A stretch of 43,389 bases of DNA from Actinomycetota bacterium. Its GTDB lineage: Bacteria; Actinomycetota; CADDZG01; JAHWKV01. This document shows positions 1 through 7,618 of this stretch, one piece after another. Under the pieces are notes generated by a model. It saw nothing but the letters and a program-made list of their open reading frames with translations, made no database searches and had not been told where the DNA came from. The stretch is from positions 1 to 43,389 of the forward strand of contig DATAAN010000123.1 of assembly GCA_036260105.1 (NCBI GenBank). The letters run 5' to 3'. Position 1 is the stretch's first letter. Each line of letters begins with the position of its first letter. Position numbers and translations under genes: made by a program.

Positions 1-866
1 TGTCCGATTTTGCATACCGGGTCATGGGCAGCTCCGACCTGTACGAGGCGACCGGGCGACGGCCTTCGGCGAGCGTCAACTTCGTGACCGCACACGACGG
101 GTTCACGCTCGCCGACCTCACCTCCTATAACGAAAAGCACAATGAGGCCAACGGCGAGGACAACAACGACGGCGAGTCGCACAACCGCTCGTGGAACTGC
201 GGGGCGGAGGGCCCGACGGTCGACCCCGAGATCAACCAGCTCCGCAACCGCATGCGGCGAAACCTGATCGCGACGCTGCTTCTCTCCCAGGGCATCCCAA
301 TGGTGCTGGCCGGCGACGAGTTCGCCCGGTCGCAGCAGGGCAACAACAACGCGTACTGCCAGGACAACGAGATCTCCTGGTTCGACTGGGAGACGCAGGA
401 CACCGAGTTGCTCGAGTTCACCCGCAGGCTGATCGCCTTCCGGCAGGAGCACCCGGTCTTCCGCCGCCCGAACTTCTTCCAGGGGCGGCCCGTCATCGGC
501 CACGACCTCAGCGACCTCGCGTGGTTCCGCAGCGACGGCGTCGATATGGACGAGGAGGACTGGCAGGCCGGACTGAAGACGGTCGGGGTTTTCCTGAACG
601 GCCAGGCAATCGACGCACACGACCAGCGCGGTGAGCCAATCGTGGACGACAGCTTCCTGGTGTGGTTCAACGCCCACGTCGATCCGGTCGACTTCACCGT
701 GCCGCCGAAACTCGGCGAGCTTTGGACCAAGGTGCTGGACACTGACGTTCAGGCCTACGGTGACGGCGAGACCGAAACGGTGAAGGCCGGGGACGTCGTA
801 CCGGTCCCTCCGCGGACGATCCTGGTTTTCCAGATGGAGCCGCCGCCCGATGCCGAAGGTAACTAG
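1..866 (+). CDS. glgX: Glycogen debranching enzyme GlgX/TreX, C-terminal part (5' end outside window)
   Basis: The frame is open from nt 3 (SDFAYRV precedes the listed Met at 24). The translation GSSDLY..RRPSASVNFVTAHDGFTLADL..YNEKHNEANGEDNNDGESHNRSWNCG is the conserved C-terminal GH13 GlgX/TreX region. It overlaps the next gene by 17 nt and is followed by treY and treZ. Confidence 0.9.
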   Translation, partial: SDFAYRVMGSSDLYEATGRRPSASVNFVTAHDGFTLADLTSYNEKHNEANGEDNNDGESHNRSWNCGAEGPTVDPEINQLRNRMRRNLIATLLLSQGIPMVLAGDEFARSQQGNNNAYCQDNEISWFDWETQDTELLEFTRRLIAFRQEHPVFRRPNFFQGRPVIGHDLSDLAWFRSDGVDMDEEDWQAGLKTVGVFLNGQAIDAHDQRGEPIVDDSFLVWFNAHVDPVDFTVPPKLGELWTKVLDTDVQAYGDGETETVKAGDVVPVPPRTILVFQMEPPPDAEGN

Positions 867-3531
867 CACCCGCGGCACTCCGTCAGCCACTTATCGCGTC
901 CAGCTAACCCCGGAATTCGGTTTCGACGACGCAGCGGCTATCGCTGGCTACCTCGCCCGGTTGGGGATCACTCACCTCTACTGCTCGCCGTACCTGCAGG
1001 CGGCGAAAGGCAGCATGCACGGTTACGACGTCGTGGATCCGACGCGGGTGAACGCCGAGCTGGGAGGAGACCCGGCGTTGAGGCGGATGGTGGAGGCGCT
1101 GAGAGCCGCGGGTCTGTCGCAGGTGCTGGACATCGTGCCCAACCACATGGCCATCGGGGACCGCGCCAACCGCTGGTGGTGGGACGTGCTGGAGAACGGC
1201 CGGGCCAGCGCCTACGCCGGCTTCTTCGACGTCGACTGGAACCCGCCCGAGGCGAAACTGCGTAACCGGGTGCTGATGGCCATCCTCGGCGATCACTACG
1301 GGCGCGTCCTGGAGGCGGGCCAGATAGCCGTCGCCCGTGAAGGCGCAAACTTCACCGTCAACTACTTCGAGCACGTGCTGCCACTCGCGCCGCCGTCACT
1401 GGAGCCGCTTCTCGAAGGGGCAGCCCGCCGTTGCCAGAGTCCGGAACTGGAGTCGCTTGCCGCGGCATTCGGGCGGCTGCCGAAGTCGACGGAGGTCGGC
1501 GAGGACGCCATGCACGAGCGCCATCGGGACACCATGGTGCTAAAGGACCGCCTGGCCGACCTCTTTTCCGAGAGTCCGGATGTCGCGGAAGCCGTCGACC
1601 GGCAGTTGAAGAAGGTGAACTCGGATCCCGACGAGCTGCACGAGATCCTCGAGCGGCAGAACTACCGGCTGGCGTACTGGCGCACCTCGGTGGCGGAGCT
1701 CGACTACCGCCGGTTCTTCGACGTCGACACCCTCGTCGGCGTCCGCCAGGAGGTGCCCGAGGTCTTCGAGGCAAGCCATGAGCTGATCCTCGGGATGGTG
1801 TCCGAGGCAACAATCGACGGGCTGCGCATCGACCACCCGGACGGCCTCCGCGACCCCGAGGGGTACCTGGAGCGGCTGGCGGCCAGGGCACCCGCCACCT
1901 GGCTCGTGGTCGAGAAGATCCTGGAGCCGGGGGAGAGGCTGCCGGAGACGTGGCCTGTGGCAGGAACGACGGGCTACGACTTCATGAACCGCCTCACCGG
2001 CCTGTTGGTGGATGCTTCGGCCGAAGCGGAGCTGACCGACCTTTACCGGGAGCTGACAGCCGAGGAGGCGGATTGGGAGGAGGTGGTCCGGGACCGCAAG
2101 CACCAGGTGCTCAGGGAGGTGTTGACGGCGGATCTGGCCCGCCTGACCGGAATACTGGCCGGCATCTGCGAGCGGCATCGACGATATCGCGACTACACCA
2201 GGTTCGAGCTGACCCAAGCACTGCGTGAGGTGCTGGCCTGCTTCCCGGTCTACCGCACCTACATCAAGCCGGGTCAGACAATCAGCTGGCAGGACCTTCG
2301 CTACGTCGTGCAGGCGGTGGAGGCGGCGGAGGACCGCCGGCCCGACCTGGACCCCGACTTGTTCGGCTTTCTGGAGAGCCTGCTTCTGTTGCAGATGCCG
2401 GAGAGCACGGAGGAAGGCTCTCCCGAGCTGGAGCTGGTCCTTAGGTTCCAGCAGCTGTCCGGCCCGGTGATGGCCAAGGGCGTGGAGGACACCGCCTTCT
2501 ACAACTACAACCGGTTCGTCGCGCTCAACGAGGTCGGGGGCAACCCGGGCAGCTTCGGCTTGTCGACGCAGGAGTTCCACTCCGCCTGCCGGGAGGCCCA
2601 GGACCTGTGGTCCCAGAGCATGCTGTCCTCCTCCACCCACGACACCAAGCGGTCGGAGGACGTCCGAGCCCGCCTGGCCGTCCTGTCGGAGATGCCCCAG
2701 GCCTGGGCCGACGCGGTGAAGGGTTGGATGAAGCACAACGACCGTCACCGCGGCGCAGACAGCCCTTTGGACCGCAACATCGAATACCTGCTCTACCAGG
2801 TCATGGTGGGGGCGTGGCCGCTGACCGAGGAGCGGGCGGTAGCCTACGTCCAGAAGGCGTCGAAGGAGGCCAAGTCCCACACCTCCTGGCTGGCGCCGAA
2901 TGCCGCCTACGACGACGCGCTGGTCCGGTTCGTCGAGGACCTGTTCGCCGACGGCGAGTTCCAGCGGATGCTCGAGGAGTTCGTCGCAGGGCTTGTCACA
3001 CCCGGAAGGGTCAACTCGCTGGTTCAGACGCTGCTGAAGCTGACCGCGCCCGGCGTTCCGGACACCTATCAGGGGACCGAGCTTTGGGACCTCAGCCTGG
3101 TCGACCCGGACAACCGGAGGCCGGTGGACTACAGCCTTCGCGCCCGCCTGCTTGGGGAGCTCGATGGGATGTCTGTGGAGGACGTCATGGCGCGATCCGA
3201 CGAGGGCCTGCCCAAACTCTTCCTTATCAACAAGTCACTGGAGCTTCGGCGTGAGCTGCCCGAGGCGTTCGGGCGCGAGTCCAACTACGAGGCGCTGACG
3301 GCCGAGGGCCCGGCAGCCGGCCACGTCGTCGCTTTCACTCGCTGGGGCGTGGTGGCTACGGTCGTCCCGCGGCTCACCCTCGGCGTCGGATCCTGGGAGG
3401 GCACAACCGTCTCGCTGGCCGCCGGTTCATGGCGGAACCAGCTCACCGGCGATCGCAACGCCGGCGGCGCCGTACCGGTCGGCGACCTGCTGAAACGGTT
3501 CCCCGTCGCGCTGCTGCGTCTGGAGTCCTGA
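850..3531 (+). CDS. treY: Maltooligosyl trehalose synthase
   Basis: 893-aa ORF. The N-terminus TYRVQLTPEFGFDDAAAIAGYLARLGITHLYCSPYLQA..GSMHGYDVVDP and DGLRIDHPDGL are typical of TreY (GH13). It sits between glgX and treZ, as in known treXYZ operons. Confidence 0.9.
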   Translation: MPKVTSTRGTPSATYRVQLTPEFGFDDAAAIAGYLARLGITHLYCSPYLQAAKGSMHGYDVVDPTRVNAELGGDPALRRMVEALRAAGLSQVLDIVPNHMAIGDRANRWWWDVLENGRASAYAGFFDVDWNPPEAKLRNRVLMAILGDHYGRVLEAGQIAVAREGANFTVNYFEHVLPLAPPSLEPLLEGAARRCQSPELESLAAAFGRLPKSTEVGEDAMHERHRDTMVLKDRLADLFSESPDVAEAVDRQLKKVNSDPDELHEILERQNYRLAYWRTSVAELDYRRFFDVDTLVGVRQEVPEVFEASHELILGMVSEATIDGLRIDHPDGLRDPEGYLERLAARAPATWLVVEKILEPGERLPETWPVAGTTGYDFMNRLTGLLVDASAEAELTDLYRELTAEEADWEEVVRDRKHQVLREVLTADLARLTGILAGICERHRRYRDYTRFELTQALREVLACFPVYRTYIKPGQTISWQDLRYVVQAVEAAEDRRPDLDPDLFGFLESLLLLQMPESTEEGSPELELVLRFQQLSGPVMAKGVEDTAFYNYNRFVALNEVGGNPGSFGLSTQEFHSACREAQDLWSQSMLSSSTHDTKRSEDVRARLAVLSEMPQAWADAVKGWMKHNDRHRGADSPLDRNIEYLLYQVMVGAWPLTEERAVAYVQKASKEAKSHTSWLAPNAAYDDALVRFVEDLFADGEFQRMLEEFVAGLVTPGRVNSLVQTLLKLTAPGVPDTYQGTELWDLSLVDPDNRRPVDYSLRARLLGELDGMSVEDVMARSDEGLPKLFLINKSLELRRELPEAFGRESNYEALTAEGPAAGHVVAFTRWGVVATVVPRLTLGVGSWEGTTVSLAAGSWRNQLTGDRNAGGAVPVGDLLKRFPVALLRLES

Positions 3532-3537
3532 GACCCG

Positions 3538-5328
3538 ATGCACCTGTTCCGCGTATGGGCACCGAAGCCGCAGCGCGTCGACCTGGTGATCGACGGCGTG
3601 GCGACGCCGATGGTGCAAGCCGGCGAAGGATGGTGGGAGCGAGAGGTCGAAGCCGCCGGTCCGGGCACCCGCTACGCCTTCTCGCTGGACGGAGGCCCGC
3701 CGCGCCCCGACCCTCGCTCGGCGTTCCAGCCGGAGGGGGTGGACGGGCCGTCCGAGGTGGTGGACCACTCGGCTTTCCGCTGGTCGGACCACCAGTGGAC
3801 GGGGAGGCCGCTGCAGGGGTCGGTGCTGTACGAGCTGCACGTCGGCACGTTCTCGGCCGAGGGCACCTTCGATGGAGCAATCGCGCACCTGCCGCACCTG
3901 GTGGACCTCGGCGTGGACGGGGTGGAGCTCCTTCCGGTGGCGGAGTTCTCGGGCACCCGGGGCTGGGGGTACGACGGCGTGGACCTGTTCGCCCCCCACT
4001 CGGCCTACGGCGGCCCGGAAGGTTTGAAGCGGCTCGTCGACGCCTGCCACGCGCACGGCATCGGAGTCGTGATGGACGTGGTCTACAACCACCTCGGGCC
4101 GGCCGGCAACTATCTGCCGCAGTACGGTCCCTACTTCTCCGACCGCCACCAGACCAACTGGGGCGACGCCTTCAACTACGACGGGCCGCTCAGCGGCGAG
4201 GTCCGCCGGCTAGTAGTCGACAACGCCCTGATGTGGCTTCGGGACTACCACATCGACGGCCTGCGACTGGACGCGGTGCACGCCATCGTGGACGACTCGG
4301 CGGTCCACCTGCTCGAGCAGATGGCGGAGGAAGTGTGGGCCTTGTCGGCGCACCTGGGACGGAACCTCTTCCTGGTGGTCGAGAGTGACCTCAACAACCC
4401 ACGCTTCGTTCTCAGCCGGGATGCAGGCGGCCTCGGGATGGACGCCTCCTGGTCTGACGAGTGGCACCACGCCCTTCACGCCACGCTAACCGGCGAGCGA
4501 AGCGGGTACTACGAGGACTTCGGGCCCCTCGAGCTGCTGGCAAAAGCGCTGAAGCAGGCGTGGGTCTACGACGGCATATGGTCGCCCCACCGCAAGCGGG
4601 TCCACGGCCGGTCTCCGGAAGGGCTGCCCGGAGACAGGTTTGTAGTGTCGACCCAGAACCACGACCAGGTCGGGAATCGGGCGCTGGGGGAGCGCAGCGG
4701 CGCCCTGATGAGTGAGGGCCGCCTGAAGGTCGCCGCCGCGCTGATGCTGACATCGCCATTCGTCCCCCTGCTCTTCCAGGGAGAGGAGTGGGCAGCCGGC
4801 ACGCCTTTCCAGTACTTCACGGACCATCGGGACCCCGAGCTTGGGCGGGCGGTGAGCGAGGGACGCCGCAGCGAGTTCTCCTATTTCGGTTGGGAGCCGG
4901 ATGAGGTGCCCGACCCCCAGGACCAGGCAACGTTCCAGGAGTCCAAGCTGGACTGGAGCGAGATCGAAGGTGTGCAGGAGAGCATGCTGGACGGTGATCT
5001 CGGCCGGCCGGGAGGCGCCCATGCCGGCATGCTGCGCTGGTATCGCGACCTCATCGCTCTTCGGAGAAGGCTTCCTGGCTTAACGGATCCCCGCCGGGAC
5101 GGCATCGAGGTTTCGTTCGACGAGGAGGCGGGGTGGCTCGTCTACCGTCGGGGGGCGGTAGCCGTGGCCCTAAACGTCGGCAAAGTCGAGGTTTCCCTGC
5201 CGCACGGGGAGGACGCCCAGCTTGTCCTCGCCTCCGGCCACGATGTCGAGGTGGCCGGACCGCTTCTGATTCTTCCTCCGGACTCGGTTGCCGTCGTGTG
5301 CGCAGGTGCTAGGAGGCGCGCACCGTAA
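3538..5328 (+). CDS. treZ: Malto-oligosyltrehalose trehalohydrolase
   Basis: 596-aa ORF with GH13 motifs GVVMDVVYNHLGP, DGLRLDAVHAI, VVESDLN and QNHDQVGNR. The start is 7 nt after the treY stop. Confidence 0.9.
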   Translation: MHLFRVWAPKPQRVDLVIDGVATPMVQAGEGWWEREVEAAGPGTRYAFSLDGGPPRPDPRSAFQPEGVDGPSEVVDHSAFRWSDHQWTGRPLQGSVLYELHVGTFSAEGTFDGAIAHLPHLVDLGVDGVELLPVAEFSGTRGWGYDGVDLFAPHSAYGGPEGLKRLVDACHAHGIGVVMDVVYNHLGPAGNYLPQYGPYFSDRHQTNWGDAFNYDGPLSGEVRRLVVDNALMWLRDYHIDGLRLDAVHAIVDDSAVHLLEQMAEEVWALSAHLGRNLFLVVESDLNNPRFVLSRDAGGLGMDASWSDEWHHALHATLTGERSGYYEDFGPLELLAKALKQAWVYDGIWSPHRKRVHGRSPEGLPGDRFVVSTQNHDQVGNRALGERSGALMSEGRLKVAAALMLTSPFVPLLFQGEEWAAGTPFQYFTDHRDPELGRAVSEGRRSEFSYFGWEPDEVPDPQDQATFQESKLDWSEIEGVQESMLDGDLGRPGGAHAGMLRWYRDLIALRRRLPGLTDPRRDGIEVSFDEEAGWLVYRRGAVAVALNVGKVEVSLPHGEDAQLVLASGHDVEVAGPLLILPPDSVAVVCAGARRRAP

Positions 5329-5488
5329 CTACGCCCGCCATGTCCATCTGCCACTCGGTGAAGAAGCCGGGGACGACCGCCGCCGCCGCCGCCGGGCGTT
5401 CCGCATCGGCGATGGGCCGGCTGGGCACCTGAGAGGATCCAACGGTGCGATCTTGGATGTCGCGGGCGGCGTTGTTCAACTGGTGCAT
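5309..5488 (-). CDS. Candidate small ORF (59 aa), hypothetical
   Basis: Hand translation of the minus strand gives MHQLNNAARDIQDRTVGSSQVPSRPIADAERPAAAAAVVPGFFTEWQMDMAGVVTVRAS. The ATG lies 17 nt after the STAS stop and is preceded by GAAGGGAG, although the spacing is short. Third codon positions are mostly G/C. The ORF is just under the 60-aa cutoff of the ORF track and overlaps the treZ 3' end by 20 nt. I recognise no homology. Confidence 0.2.
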   Translation of the reverse strand: MHQLNNAARDIQDRTVGSSQVPSRPIADAERPAAAAAVVPGFFTEWQMDMAGVVTVRAS

Positions 5489-5504
5489 CGCTCCCTTCTA
5501 GAGC

Positions 5505-5930
5505 TCAGGCGAGGCGAACGTAATGGGGTTCAGGCGAGTCGTCTGCTGCCGGAAGGCTCGAGCCGGGCACGATTGTGATCGCAGGATGCTCCGCCAGCCG
5601 GGAGACTTCGATGGCCCGTAGCACGATGCGCCGGGGGAACTGAAGAAGGAGTTTTGCCGACTCCCGTTGCATCTTCGTGGCGAGCGTGGCCAGCACGTGC
5701 AACCCGGAACAGTCGATGAAGTCGAGGCCGGCAAGGTCGAGGACCAGGTCGCCCCCACCGCCGTTGCGACCGGAGCTGACCGCCTCGAGGATCGCATGTG
5801 CGTTCGAGAGGTCAACTTCGCCTCTCAACGCGAAGACTTTTGCCTGCCGGTCCAGCCATACAGATGCCAAATCGAGCGGCTCATGCCGAGCCTTCGAGTC
5901 GTCGGATCGCGCAATCATCAGATCTACCAT
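5505..5930 (-). CDS. STAS-domain protein (anti-sigma-factor antagonist family)
   Basis: The translation ..VFALRGEVDLSNAHAILEAV..DLVLDLAGLDFIDCSGLHVLATLATKMQ.. matches the SpoIIAA/RsbV-type STAS fold motif (DLS..F.DSSGL). The start was chosen at the ATG preceded by GGGGGAG (Met39 of the listed ORF); ATG 5918 is an alternative. Confidence 0.75.
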   Translation of the reverse strand: MVDLMIARSDDSKARHEPLDLASVWLDRQAKVFALRGEVDLSNAHAILEAVSSGRNGGGGDLVLDLAGLDFIDCSGLHVLATLATKMQRESAKLLLQFPRRIVLRAIEVSRLAEHPAITIVPGSSLPAADDSPEPHYVRLA

Positions 5931-6084
5931 TACTCCCCCGTAGTGCCGACGCACCCGGGTCCATTTCTCGGATGATCGTGCGCGTTGTGGGTTCGGATTC
6001 AACTCCCTGTCAAGGTGTCTGTCGGTCCGCCAGCGAACAAACAAGAAAAATCTTTAAGGAAAATTCACGGCCTTTTAGCCCAAC

Positions 6085-6116
6085 AAAAAGAGCGGGCCCA
6101 CGGGCCCGCTCTTTTT
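6085..6116 (-). terminator. Rho-independent (bidirectional-type) terminator hairpin
   Basis: AAAAAGAGCGGGCCCACGGGCCCGCTCTTTTT is a GC-rich 9-bp stem with a 4-nt loop, flanked by A5 and T5. It lies 15 nt downstream of the stop of the 6131-6688 minus-strand gene. Confidence 0.75.
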
Positions 6117-6130
6117 GTCCGGAAGCTACG

Positions 6131-6688
6131 TTAAGCTGCCGGCTGAAGGCGCTTGCGCAAACCCTGCGCGACCTCGTGTGGACGCTGCTGCTCACCCATC
6201 TTGGAGGAGATGGCGATAAGGGCGCCTACGTGGGCCGGGATAGCCCACTGGAGAATCTTCAGCTGCTTCTGGCTCTTCGCGACGTCCTCCGGCGTGCCGG
6301 CCGTCGGCGTGGTCCCGTCTTCGACGGGAACGTCCCCGCTCTCGATCATCTTCTGGCCGAGGGCCCGTGCGTATGCCGTCGCGCCTAGCGTCATCGCCGT
6401 CAGGCCGACTTTCGCCAGCGAGGTGCTGGCGACACCCTTCTGACCCGCAATTCTTCCTTTGTTCGTGAAGGTGAGCACTGTGCCGCCCACCAGGTACGAA
6501 CCGATGGCCGCCAGGTTGGCCGGAGTCCAGCGTTCCCACCCCGCGTTGGCTACACGGGCGCGCTGCCTTGGATCGTTCACCGCTTTTGCGGCGCCATTTA
6601 GGCCGATTGCTCCCATCAGGGATCCTCCGAACCACGCGGCAAGTCCGAGGTCGTGAGCGGCACGCGCAAGCGTGTTGTCCTTTTCCAT
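6131..6688 (-). CDS. Hypothetical membrane protein
   Basis: 185-aa ORF with an AAGGAGG Shine-Dalgarno before the ATG. It has several hydrophobic Gly/Ala-rich segments (LGLAAWFGGSLMGAIGL, LAAIGSYLVGGTVL, VGLTAMTLGATAYA, IPAHVGALIAISS) and a terminator downstream. I recognise no family. Confidence 0.7.
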   Translation of the reverse strand: MEKDNTLARAAHDLGLAAWFGGSLMGAIGLNGAAKAVNDPRQRARVANAGWERWTPANLAAIGSYLVGGTVLTFTNKGRIAGQKGVASTSLAKVGLTAMTLGATAYARALGQKMIESGDVPVEDGTTPTAGTPEDVAKSQKQLKILQWAIPAHVGALIAISSKMGEQQRPHEVAQGLRKRLQPAA

Positions 6689-6765
6689 GGATACCTCCTT
6701 TCCGGTCTGGCGTTCATGGGGAGGTACCCGAGGCGGTTAAGCCCGAAACGGTGGTGGAGGGAGAC

Positions 6766-7467
6766 CTACAACCGAGAAGCCTGCCGGTAGGTTGTGTACA
6801 GATCCTCGAAGCATTCCCTCACGAGCCCGTAGCACTCGCACGCGGCCTCCGTCAGGCGGGGACGGTCCAGAATGCTGATCCGGCCTCTCGAGTACCCGAT
6901 GAGACCGAGGGCCTGCAGCTCCTGGGCGGACTCCGTGACCGTGGCCCGCCGGGCGCCGAGCATCTGACCCATGAACTCGTGGGTCAGGTCGAACTGGTCC
7001 CTGCCGACCTGGTCGCCGGTCATCAGCAGCCATCGGGCGAGGCGCTGCGTGGCCGAGTGCAGCCGGTTGCAGGAGGCGTGCTGCCCAACCAGGTTGAACA
7101 GCAGCGAGAGGTAGCCGTAGACGAGCGACGGCAGCGTGTCGCTCTGCACCATCAACTTGCGAAAGATGTCGGCATCCAGGGCAAGGCTTTCCGCGTGCAC
7201 CTGCCCGATGCTTCGTGCCGAGGGTCTCGCGTTCGGGTTCAGCCCCTCCGGCAGGCCAACCACGCCCTCGTTGCCGAACGTGGCCGTCTCAACGGACGAG
7301 CCGTCCTCCATGGACGAGACATGCGAGACCATGCCGGAAACAGGGAAGTACAGGATCTGGACCGGCTCCCCCAACTCGATCACCAGCTTCTTCGGCGGGA
7401 TGGACACGGGTCGCAGATGCGCGGTCAGCGCATCGAGCTCTGCGCGCGGAAGGGCGTCGAGCATCAT
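6766..7467 (-). CDS. Crp/Fnr-family transcriptional regulator
   Basis: 233 aa. The N-terminal half looks like a cNMP-binding-type beta-barrel (ILYFPVSGMVSHV...FGNEGVVG). The C-terminal part is an HTH (LTHEFMGQMLGARRATVTESAQELQALGLIGYSRGRISILD). There is no N-terminal Cys cluster of true FNR. Confidence 0.85.
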   Translation of the reverse strand: MMLDALPRAELDALTAHLRPVSIPPKKLVIELGEPVQILYFPVSGMVSHVSSMEDGSSVETATFGNEGVVGLPEGLNPNARPSARSIGQVHAESLALDADIFRKLMVQSDTLPSLVYGYLSLLFNLVGQHASCNRLHSATQRLARWLLMTGDQVGRDQFDLTHEFMGQMLGARRATVTESAQELQALGLIGYSRGRISILDRPRLTEAACECYGLVRECFEDLYTTYRQASRL

Positions 7468-7618
7468 GTTCCCAGTCTTCGAGCTGGCAGTGGTGTTGAT
7501 GACTGAACCTTTGGAGAGGTGAGACGCCGGAGGCCTGGATTCGACCCTCAGACAACGAGTATAGGCACGCCGTCACGGGGTTCGCCGCACCATAGTGGGC
7601 GCGATGGAGTTGGAACCC

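Noticed and set aside
1540-2880. 446-aa minus-strand ORF inside treY, and similar ORFs inside treZ, valS and others
   Set aside because: They are high-GC antisense ORFs, and the sense-strand genes are clearly identified.
5288-5578. 96-aa plus-strand ORF spanning the treZ end and the STAS end
   Set aside because: It is Arg-rich shadow sequence that overlaps two better-supported genes.
7496-7508. TTGAT half-site upstream of the Crp/Fnr gene as a possible FNR/CRP box
   Set aside because: The partner half (GAACC) does not match ATCAA, so there is no dyad.
7519-7560. tRNA-like TCGAATCC (T-loop-like) motif on the minus strand
   Set aside because: The flanking bases cannot form a T-stem (GAGGG versus CAGGC), and no acceptor or anticodon arms can be drawn. 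This is a chance match.
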